A stretch of 45,393 nucleotides of DNA from an uncultured Candidatus Saccharibacteria bacterium (GTDB lineage Bacteria > Patescibacteriota > CALEFQ01 > G965231055), in the NCBI GenBank assembly GCA_965231055.1, contig OZ246411.1:798500-843892 (forward strand). Reading direction: 5' to 3'. The position numbers and the translations under genes were made by a program. A model generated the notes under the pieces. It worked only from the letters and a program-made list of their open reading frames with translations. It did not search any database and was not told where the DNA came from. Every line of letters begins with the position of its first letter. Position 1 is the stretch's first letter. Shown here in pieces: positions 31,277 through 39,380 of the stretch.

Positions 31277-31292
31277 AGTTTTTTATTAGCGA

Positions 31293-31880
31293 TTAATAAT
31301 TTTCGCATTTAACTTGATAAAAGCTTTGGGCGTGATCACAAGAAGGACATTTAATTGGAGCCTCGGTAGCTTCGTGCTGATAGCCACATTCCCTACAAAT
31401 CCACATAACTTTTTCTTTCTTTTTGAACACGGTGCCATTTCTTACTTCCGCCAAGAGCTTCAAATATCTTTCTTCGTGATGCGCCTCTGCCTTTGCTATT
31501 GATTTAAGTCGCGCTGAAACTTCTGGCAAACCCTCTTGGCTCGCTATCTTGGCAAATTCTGGATACATCACTTTGTGTTCATGATTTTCTCCCCTAGCTG
31601 CCGCCTCTAGATTTGATGCAGTATCTCCATATACACTTGGTGATTCTGCCTCTACAGTTACTGTGTCGTCTGCTTTTTTACCTAGTTTTGATTTTAACTC
31701 AACTATGATTTCAAAAATGCGTTTTGCGTGCTCTTTTTCTTGATCCGCGGTTTCTTGAAAAATAACACCTATTTGTTCATAGCCTTCTTTTCGCGCTTTG
31801 GATGCGTAAAAATTGTAACGATTTCTAGCTTGTGATTCCCCTATAAAAGCTTTTGTGAGATTTGTTAATGTTTTTTCCAT
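31293..31880 (-). CDS. rbr: Rubrerythrin
   Basis: AFIGESQARNRY, QEKEHA, GENHE, AEAHHE, WICRECG...CPSC. Confidence 0.95.
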   Translation of the reverse strand: MEKTLTNLTKAFIGESQARNRYNFYASKARKEGYEQIGVIFQETADQEKEHAKRIFEIIVELKSKLGKKADDTVTVEAESPSVYGDTASNLEAAARGENHEHKVMYPEFAKIASQEGLPEVSARLKSIAKAEAHHEERYLKLLAEVRNGTVFKKKEKVMWICRECGYQHEATEAPIKCPSCDHAQSFYQVKCENY

Positions 31881-31889
31881 TAGTCTTAA

Positions 31890-32927
31890 TTATGCTAATA
31901 TAATTTTCTTTTTATCTAAAAGTTGTTTTATTTCAAGTAATAATTCTTGCCTTACCAATACTGGTTTTTTTCTATTTGAATATTCGTAATTAATCAAAAT
32001 CTCTATTCCCGAACCAGAAATGGAAGAAATGACAGCCCTGCCACCCTGTATACTGTTTTCACAGCTATTTAGTACTAGGTCTATTGACTCCATTAATTTT
32101 TTTAGTTTCTGAGAATTTGTATCATTCGAAATCTTTACAATAACTTCACCCGTGAATCTCCTATTGTGATTGCTGAAATTTTCCACAGCAAAGTTTCCAA
32201 ATTTATTGTTCGGAATAAATACTTCTGAACCATAATCCGTTTCCATCTTGGTTGATCTAAGACTTATCTCTTTTACTATGCCCTGGTATTGATCAAATTT
32301 CACTCTATCTCCTATTCTAAGAGTTTTATCAGAAACAATGGCGATAGAGGTAAAAATATTGGCGATAGTGTCTCTAGCAGCAAAAGCAACCGCCAAACCT
32401 CCTATACCTAGACCCGCTACAATAGATGCGACATTGAATCCGAAAATCTCAAAAGCGAAAACGATAAAAATTACAACAATTATTATATTTAGAATTTTTC
32501 CTATCGCAGGAAGAGCTTTTTCTATTTCAGTTTCCTCTCTAAACCTCTTACCCTCTAGATAGCTTGCGATCCCCCTGCTCAAAACAGATGATGCAAGATA
32601 AGAAACATCAATCAGAATTATTAGTTTTATAATTTTGAACAATATTTCATTGGTTTCAGGTGAAAAGAAATTGGTATAGACGATAGCTATCCATAAACCT
32701 ATGGTAAAAATCAGTAGAACTATCGGTTTTTCAATAGCATCCAAAACAGCGAGAATAACAACACTCTTTGTGTTTCCGTTAGATCGCTTTATCAAAGATG
32801 CTATTATTTTATAGACAATCCTCCCCATCAAAAACCAAATTGCTACAATAAGAACAAATGCTAGATAGTTTCCATAAACACCCAGTGTATCAAATAAATA
32901 CGAAGCTGAATCTATTAGATTGTTCAT
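31890..32927 (-). CDS. mscS: Small-conductance mechanosensitive channel (MscS family)
   Basis: AGLGIGGLAVAFAARDTIAN, RIGDRV, G.VKEISLRST, IPN. Confidence 0.92.
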   Translation of the reverse strand: MNNLIDSASYLFDTLGVYGNYLAFVLIVAIWFLMGRIVYKIIASLIKRSNGNTKSVVILAVLDAIEKPIVLLIFTIGLWIAIVYTNFFSPETNEILFKIIKLIILIDVSYLASSVLSRGIASYLEGKRFREETEIEKALPAIGKILNIIIVVIFIVFAFEIFGFNVASIVAGLGIGGLAVAFAARDTIANIFTSIAIVSDKTLRIGDRVKFDQYQGIVKEISLRSTKMETDYGSEVFIPNNKFGNFAVENFSNHNRRFTGEVIVKISNDTNSQKLKKLMESIDLVLNSCENSIQGGRAVISSISGSGIEILINYEYSNRKKPVLVRQELLLEIKQLLDKKKIILA

Positions 32928-32940
32928 ATTGATAAAAAAA

Positions 32941-34092
32941 TTAATTAATAATGCATTCGCGAATGATCTTCATAAATTTTATATAGAAATTTAGATTGTG
33001 CATGGTTGCAAGTCTTGTGTAAAGTGATTCTTTGGTCATGTATAGATGCCTTAGATACATGAGCGAGTAATTTTTACACATATTACAATCACAGTTTAAA
33101 TCTAGATGCTTTTGATTTTTTTCAAACTTATTATTACTTATCCTTATTAATTCGTAAAAATCGCTAGCTTTTATTTTTTTATTCTTATTTTTAAGTTTAT
33201 TGGTAACTATTTTTTTAAGCCTGGCTTCGCTCACTTTTAGTTTGAAAAGGGTTCCGTGCCTAGCGATCCTAGTTGGAATCACGCAATCAAACATATCAAC
33301 CCCACGAGACACCGCGTCCAAAATCTGCTCAGGAAATCCTACCCCCATCAAATATCTTGGTTTATCCTGAGGTAAATAATCAACACAATAATCAACTTGG
33401 TTTTTCATTTCGTCAGGAGACTCTCCCACGGCTACACCTCCGATAGCCAATCCATCAAAATCAAGAGATGAAATCTCTTTGGCACTTCGAATTCTCAGAT
33501 CCTCAAAAGATGAGCCCTGGACTATACCAAAAATCAAAGGCTTATTCTTTTTTATTTTTGCATGCTCCGTAAGACACCTCTTTGCCCATCTCGTTGTTCT
33601 TTCGAGCGCATCTTCTGCTTTTTTATGAGATGCTGGGTATCCTATGCATTCATCCAAAACCATCATTATATCAACTCCAAGGTTGCGTTGTATCTTGATC
33701 GAATCTTCTGGAGCGAGCATTTTTTTCTCGCCGTCTATGTGAGAACGAAACTCTACGCCCTTTTCAGAAATTTTTCTAAGTTTAGCGAGACTAAATACCT
33801 GAAATCCACCACTATCAGAAAGAATTGGTCCATCCCAGTTCATAAAAGCATGGAGTTTTGAAAGATTTTTGCTTTTAACTTTACCAATAAGCTTATCTCC
33901 CGGACGCAACCAAAGATGATAAGTATTCGCAAGTACTATTGGCGCTTTTATGTTTTTTAAATCACTTGAATCAAGACCTTTCACGGCCCCCTTTGAGGCT
34001 ATGGACATAAAAAACGGAGTATTGAGTTTACCGTGCGCAGTTTCCAAAACTCCCGCTCTTGCGCTACCGGTTTTTGAAATTATTTTGAACAC
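32941..34092 (-). CDS. tgt: tRNA-guanine transglycosylase
   Basis: LANTYHL, DSGGFQVFSL, LDEC, PRYLMGVG, DMFDCV.PTR, CDCNMC...HN. Confidence 0.96.
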   Translation of the reverse strand: MFKIISKTGSARAGVLETAHGKLNTPFFMSIASKGAVKGLDSSDLKNIKAPIVLANTYHLWLRPGDKLIGKVKSKNLSKLHAFMNWDGPILSDSGGFQVFSLAKLRKISEKGVEFRSHIDGEKKMLAPEDSIKIQRNLGVDIMMVLDECIGYPASHKKAEDALERTTRWAKRCLTEHAKIKKNKPLIFGIVQGSSFEDLRIRSAKEISSLDFDGLAIGGVAVGESPDEMKNQVDYCVDYLPQDKPRYLMGVGFPEQILDAVSRGVDMFDCVIPTRIARHGTLFKLKVSEARLKKIVTNKLKNKNKKIKASDFYELIRISNNKFEKNQKHLDLNCDCNMCKNYSLMYLRHLYMTKESLYTRLATMHNLNFYIKFMKIIRECIIN

Positions 34093-34113
34093 AGATTTAT
34101 TTGGTTAAATCTA

Positions 34114-36063
34114 CTATTTAACTTGGCCTGAATTTTCAGCTTTTGGATCTGTTTTGAGAGTAGTATCAACCTCATCGTAAAAACTAGAAACATCAACTCC
34201 GGTAAATAGATCAACTCCGGTAATAAATACTTTCTCGACTAATTTGACTATTTTTCCCTCCAAGTTCTCACCGGGAGTGATAGAAATCAAAAAGCTACCA
34301 GTCAAAGCTTTTCCAACATATCCAACATTAGCAGGAATCAATCCCAAATCCCAAAACACTGTCTTGGTTTGATCATTATACTTTAACTCACCGGCCGAAG
34401 ATTTGGTTCCACCAGAAAAACTTGTTCCAGGGTAAAGCTTGGCTGTGACCTTTCCATCTTTTACGTCATTTGTTAGGTTGGTCACTTTCCAATAGATCCT
34501 GTAGGTGCTAGTTTTTCCTACCTCTGGAGTTATAGGACCACTACCCACTTGATTTCCATCGTCATCATAATATCTAGCAAATTGCTCTATAGCTGGTTCT
34601 GTTTGAATTTTTGCAATCGCTGAAATACCTTCTACTTTTCTTTCTTGACTCATCGAAACTGGAATATCTTCACTTATAACATAAGGTGTCAAAGACACTT
34701 TGAAGTTTTTGTCTGAATTTTTCTTAACATTGATTATTGCTGGAATTTCAACTACAAAAGAAACTTCTCCAGAAGTACCTGGGTTTAAACTAGCAAACTC
34801 AGGAACTCCAGAACTATCCCACGTTATAACACCATCACTGTAGGAGCCGTTATTTACCTTCAAAGTGGAAACATCTATTGCTCGTCTATCAATATAGGCC
34901 TTGAGTGAAGTGGAATGCAAAACCACAGAACTATCATTCTTGTAAGTTATTTTACAATTCAGTAAAGATCCTGGAGTGACCACTGCGCTCGATTGTTCAT
35001 TCATAAATGCCTGCACGGATATTTGAACGTCGGCTATTCTTGTTGAATCTTCATCAGTTGCCAAAACCTGAAACCCATCGCTCTCTGAGTATGTTCCAAT
35101 TTCCACTTTTACTGTTTTATAGTCACCTTTGGCTCCTTCCAATTTTCCACTAATCGTTATAGATCCCGCGGATCCGCTCTCTAAACTTCCCATATTCCAA
35201 ATCGCAGTATCTTCGCTTGAATTTGGAGAAGATTCCGAAAAAGAAAAACCACTTGGATACAAAAGCTTAACTTGTAAATCATTGATAGTGTCTTTACTGT
35301 GATTTTCATAAGAGATCATGTATTGAACACTATTTCCGCTGGCCACTGACTGCGGAGCATTAATTTCTACAATGGATCCAGAAGGATTTATCAATGTATC
35401 AGCACTAGCTTCTTTGGTGAAAGATGAACTCATCCCCGTTGGAACATAATTAAACTCAGCGCTAACCATTTTAACACTATCTGGCTCTCCAAATAATCTT
35501 CCCTTGACTACAATTTGTCCTCCCTCTTTGGATTTTATATTTCCTATTTTCCAATAATTTGAAGTTTCAGATTTTGATTCCACTGAAGATGATATAAATT
35601 CAAATCCTTCAGGGTATCTAACTGTAAGCTGAGAATCACGAAGATCTACGCCTTCATTATTCAAGTAGCTAAAAGTATATTCAACAGAATCCCCGGAAGC
35701 AATTGACTGAGTAGCCTTTGCCTCTATTTCGACTAGATGCCCCGTGAATGATCCTGTCTTGCCCTTAAGGATTGCATAGATAACCCAAACCAACACAAGA
35801 GATATAATCACAATCCCACCTATCCATATAAACTTTTTATACTTTTCATAAAACTGCTTTAGCTTGAAAAACTTGTCTTTATGAATCACTTCTTCTCCAT
35901 GCAAAACATCGTGAAGAGCTTCTTCTGGTGTTTCAGCTTTGCCACCCTTCATTGGTGTTTTAATATTTACGAAGTCCATGCCTGTGTCTATTTTTTGTTT
36001 TGGTTTTATGTCCATTTTTTTCTTTAAATAAAGATTGCTGGGCGCAAAAGAAATTGCACCCAA
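34114..36063 (-). CDS. Single-TM surface protein with repeated beta-rich (DUF11/Ig-like) domains
   Basis: TM helix then about 4 repeats of SG.SV.Y...Y.N...YP.GF.F..S...W.IG.L...G.I; real start may be ATG 36015. Confidence 0.75.
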   Translation of the reverse strand: MGAISFAPSNLYLKKKMDIKPKQKIDTGMDFVNIKTPMKGGKAETPEEALHDVLHGEEVIHKDKFFKLKQFYEKYKKFIWIGGIVIISLVLVWVIYAILKGKTGSFTGHLVEIEAKATQSIASGDSVEYTFSYLNNEGVDLRDSQLTVRYPEGFEFISSSVESKSETSNYWKIGNIKSKEGGQIVVKGRLFGEPDSVKMVSAEFNYVPTGMSSSFTKEASADTLINPSGSIVEINAPQSVASGNSVQYMISYENHSKDTINDLQVKLLYPSGFSFSESSPNSSEDTAIWNMGSLESGSAGSITISGKLEGAKGDYKTVKVEIGTYSESDGFQVLATDEDSTRIADVQISVQAFMNEQSSAVVTPGSLLNCKITYKNDSSVVLHSTSLKAYIDRRAIDVSTLKVNNGSYSDGVITWDSSGVPEFASLNPGTSGEVSFVVEIPAIINVKKNSDKNFKVSLTPYVISEDIPVSMSQERKVEGISAIAKIQTEPAIEQFARYYDDDGNQVGSGPITPEVGKTSTYRIYWKVTNLTNDVKDGKVTAKLYPGTSFSGGTKSSAGELKYNDQTKTVFWDLGLIPANVGYVGKALTGSFLISITPGENLEGKIVKLVEKVFITGVDLFTGVDVSSFYDEVDTTLKTDPKAENSGQVK

Positions 36064-36069
36064 AGATTA

Positions 36070-36558
36070 TTATTTAACTTCGGCAGATGCCTTCTTTACA
36101 AGCTTTATATATCCAACAACGGTAGCAGTAATAAGAGCCACGGTCACTACGGCAAATCTGATGTATGCATCGTCACTCGCAAACCCCATGCCAATAGAGT
36201 AAACTAGCAAAAATATACCACCAAGAAGAGATGCCCAGTTTAGAAGAGCTTTTTCGGAAAGCAAGGTTAGACTGAGTACCATCAAAACCACGCTAACAAC
36301 CAAAACCATAAGAGAGACATTTCTTGAATAAATTTTGCTATCCTCTTCGTATTGCTTAACTATGTCTTCGTGATCTAACTGCAATTGCTTTTCCTCCGCG
36401 GTCAATTCCTTTGAATCACTCATATCAACTAATTTCAATTCATTTGAAGGTTCTGGATATTCAGGCATAGGATAAAAGACGGAGATAGTTACTCCCACAA
36501 AAAATGTTACAAGAACTGCAATAAAAACTGAATAGAGGGCTCCTACAACTTTGTTCAT
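36070..36558 (-). CDS. Hypothetical four-TM membrane protein
   Basis: Hydrophobic helices flanking a YP.PEYP loop. Confidence 0.75.
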   Translation of the reverse strand: MNKVVGALYSVFIAVLVTFFVGVTISVFYPMPEYPEPSNELKLVDMSDSKELTAEEKQLQLDHEDIVKQYEEDSKIYSRNVSLMVLVVSVVLMVLSLTLLSEKALLNWASLLGGIFLLVYSIGMGFASDDAYIRFAVVTVALITATVVGYIKLVKKASAEVK

Positions 36559-36593
36559 TTGTTTTTTTGTTATTGAATTATTTATATCTGAAA

Positions 36594-37334
36594 CTAAATT
36601 TTATAAATACTTTTTTTATTTTCTGTTTTTTTGATTTTGTCAGATGCCTCCCTGTGAAGATCAATATTTAGATGGCGCGATAATGCCAATATATCTATAA
36701 ATGATTTCACAACTGCTTCTTTCAAAATTTCATCTTTCTTGTTGAAATTGTTTTCAATACAAGATGAAAGCAACGCAGTATCTCCAAAAAATCTCAGAAC
36801 CAAATCTTTTAAATCAGTTCTTGGATCAAACCATCCATTTTTTTCTCCGACAGTAACCAGGAGCTTGATCAAACTAGACAAAGAATCTTTATCTGAAAAC
36901 TGAATAGATAGCTGAGAAAGAGAATCATCCTTGGCGTCATTATTGAAAATTATCCACGACCTCTGATCGTGTTTATCTATAGAAAAAGGTATTCTGAGTT
37001 TCTCAGGATCAACTATGTTCATCAAGGTAGCGTATTTCGCAGAATATTTTGATCTCCAAAAGGATTCAGGTACAAAAATATCAGCACCATATCTTTCTTT
37101 GAGTCCTTTTATTTTTTTGAAATTCAAGTTTTCAAAAAACATCACATGTCCTACGAAAAACTTGCCCACCACTTGACCTCCTGAAATCTTGATAAAGACT
37201 TCATCGCCCTCGCTAACCTTTTTATAAGGGGGAAATTTGAATTTAGCGAATCTGCTTTCAATACGTTTTTTCCCTGAAAATATATTTTCAGTGGTGTCAT
37301 TATCAAAAACTGCCAGATGTCTCATTTTATTCAT
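36594..37334 (-). CDS. ASCH/PUA-domain protein with degenerate MazG-like C-terminal domain
   Basis: IFSGKKRIESR (ASCH GxKxxExR), GDEVFIK; C-terminal helical GWF...LNIDL..E...K. Confidence 0.7.
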   Translation of the reverse strand: MNKMRHLAVFDNDTTENIFSGKKRIESRFAKFKFPPYKKVSEGDEVFIKISGGQVVGKFFVGHVMFFENLNFKKIKGLKERYGADIFVPESFWRSKYSAKYATLMNIVDPEKLRIPFSIDKHDQRSWIIFNNDAKDDSLSQLSIQFSDKDSLSSLIKLLVTVGEKNGWFDPRTDLKDLVLRFFGDTALLSSCIENNFNKKDEILKEAVVKSFIDILALSRHLNIDLHREASDKIKKTENKKSIYKI

Positions 37335-37397
37335 TTATTTGTTTGCTGAAAAAATGAGCGCTATCTAACTAGTATGAAAATATTATAACACGGAAAT

Positions 37398-38129
37398 CTA
37401 AAAATTGAAATCCCTTGATTTGAACTTTTTTCCCATCGTTTCTTCAGCAAAATCCAGCAAAACCCTCTCCACTTCATCTATGTTTTTTTGAGGTATTTTT
37501 ATTCTGCTTAAAATTTCTTGGTTTTCTCCAAAAATAATTCTCAAAAACTTTACAGCGTTTGCTGAAATTTTCATCGAGATCCCCTCTTGATTTTTATGAG
37601 AAGCTGAAACTGCTCCGCCCAATCTACAATTAAAATAAGTATTAGCTGGCTCAATCTCCCCCTCACTAACTACGCACCTATTTAGTTCAGGCGAGTAACC
37701 AAAATGGTTCAAGATATGTGCAACTGCTAATAAAAAGTGAAACTCGTTTTTTATACTTTTTCCATAAAAAACTTCCTTGATATGTTTATATAGCTCTTCG
37801 TCAGCTTCGTTTTCCATAGCCATCATATCTAGCATCTCTGAAACAATAAAAAGAAACCTAAGTTCTCCATGAGATAATTCTCTAGGATTTTTATATTTTA
37901 TTGCTTTTACGGAAATTAGTATGTCTAGGTTTTTGCCCTCTGCAACAACTATATTGGCGAGAGTAAATGGCTCAAGCGACCCAGCCATTTTGCTTTTTGC
38001 TTTTCTAGCACCCTTTGCTACAAGCTTAAGTTTTCCAAAATCTTTGGAATAACACAAAATCAAACGATCAGCATCCTTGAGCGTTTTTCTGTGAAGTATT
38101 ATCGCTTCCGTTTTATAAGTTTTATTCAT
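37398..38129 (-). CDS. recO: DNA repair protein RecO
   Basis: YKTEAIIL, DADR, AKGARKAKSK, LEPF, GYSPEL.RC; start set at ATG 38129. Confidence 0.92.
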   Translation of the reverse strand: MNKTYKTEAIILHRKTLKDADRLILCYSKDFGKLKLVAKGARKAKSKMAGSLEPFTLANIVVAEGKNLDILISVKAIKYKNPRELSHGELRFLFIVSEMLDMMAMENEADEELYKHIKEVFYGKSIKNEFHFLLAVAHILNHFGYSPELNRCVVSEGEIEPANTYFNCRLGGAVSASHKNQEGISMKISANAVKFLRIIFGENQEILSRIKIPQKNIDEVERVLLDFAEETMGKKFKSRDFNF

Positions 38130-38147
38130 AGATGCATTATAGCGCAA

Positions 38148-38181
38148 AAAAACAAAATTCCGAACCCACGGGGGTTCGGAA
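38148..38181 (-). terminator. Terminator of 38195-38503
   Basis: ATTCCGAACCC..GGGTTCGGAAT followed by TTTGTTTTTTTT on minus strand. Confidence 0.7.
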
Positions 38182-38194
38182 TGTGAAAAAAAGA

Positions 38195-38503
38195 TCAATA
38201 TGCGGCCTTAATAGTTTTAAGCAAAGCGGGATTTCTGATTTCGACACGTGAATCGGGATGAGTCAATGAATGCCTGCAGAAAGAGGAACAAAATACATGA
38301 TTGCTTATGACCGAATTGGGGCATTGGTGAGAAGCGCATTGATGTGCCAAAACACATCCTCGAGAATAGCATTTCAGTATATTTTTATCTTTTTTATCGC
38401 GGAACTTAGCACAATCAAAAAATGAAATCTCTTTTCGCAAGAAAGGACAAGCAACCGTTATCTCATTCATAGAGGCAATTACAGAAGCGACTCCTTTTGG
38501 CAC
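38195..38503 (-). CDS. Cys-rich hypothetical protein (FCS/TRASH-like zinc finger)
   Basis: CASHQCPN...FCSSFC; GTG start after GGGAGGT. Confidence 0.65.
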   Translation of the reverse strand: MPKGVASVIASMNEITVACPFLRKEISFFDCAKFRDKKDKNILKCYSRGCVLAHQCASHQCPNSVISNHVFCSSFCRHSLTHPDSRVEIRNPALLKTIKAAY

Positions 38504-38675
38504 AAAACACCTCCCCTCGTATCTATTTAAGGTTAATGAACGCTATATAAATCAAAACTACCAAATAACCATTTTTTTGCAAGCAAGAATCATGTTTGAC
38601 AACATTTGAGTTTTTATATAGTTTATACCTAGTTCGTTTTACATTACAACCAATACTTGCGAAAGGAAGGTATGC

Positions 38676-39110
38676 ATGTCTTTAAATCCAAACAGACGGC
38701 CCAAAAAGTCAAAAGCTAAACCACAAAAAAGGTCTCCGAGAGGACAGTCCTATTCCAAGAATAATCACCCATCAACAAAAGAGAAGAGAGAAAGTTCCAC
38801 AAGAGATACTGGAAAAAAGAACACTCGGAAAAAAGTTATCAAACTTTTGACCACGGGAAAATGGAAAGAAATGATATCCAAGCATTTTCAAAGTGGATTC
38901 CATGTATTCTGGCACGAAAACGCATTAAAAGTTTCCGACATCTCGGCTCGAAGCTTCGAATGCGAAAAAATGCCTCCATTCTCAGAATTAAAGCTCGATG
39001 ACGGCACATCAGTATTCTTCTGCAAATCGTCCCAAGAAATACTGAGACGAGTCCTAAGCTCTCGAGCAGATCCGAAAACAAGAACAACGACCCGGGAGTG
39101 CATTTGGTAG
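38676..39110 (+). CDS. Hypothetical protein with very basic N-terminus
   Basis: SD AAGGAAGG; TTGACA-N17-TAGTTT at 38596-38624. Confidence 0.65.
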   Translation: MSLNPNRRPKKSKAKPQKRSPRGQSYSKNNHPSTKEKRESSTRDTGKKNTRKKVIKLLTTGKWKEMISKHFQSGFHVFWHENALKVSDISARSFECEKMPPFSELKLDDGTSVFFCKSSQEILRRVLSSRADPKTRTTTRECIW

Positions 39111-39129
39111 CTCACGAAGGAATCTTTTA

Positions 39130-39237
39130 ATGAGAATTATTTTCAGCAGTAAGAAAAAACGCTATGGGTTTCCGACAGTGAAAATCAAACAGCACTCCTC
39201 GCCTTCACAGAATCAGAATCAACAGCAGAGCAAGTAA
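39130..39237 (+). CDS. Putative 35-aa small ORF
   Basis: AAGGA upstream; MRIIFSSKKKRYGFPTVKIKQHSSPSQNQNQQQSK; stop lies just before a terminator. Confidence 0.4.
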   Translation: MRIIFSSKKKRYGFPTVKIKQHSSPSQNQNQQQSK

Positions 39238-39242
39238 CACTT

Positions 39243-39298
39243 ATCCCGCTCCAATTTTACATGTCAATGACATTAAAATGCGTGAGCGGGATTTTTTT
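39243..39298 (+). terminator. Long hairpin terminator
   Basis: ATCCCGCTC...ATGTCAATGACAT...GAGCGGGAT-TTTTTT. Confidence 0.75.
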
Positions 39299-39380
39299 AT
39301 ACAAAAAGAGGTACGTTTTACTGCACCCCTTATATTAACTCCTACAAACCAATTCTTCTAAAACTTCTAGCCCTTCTAAT

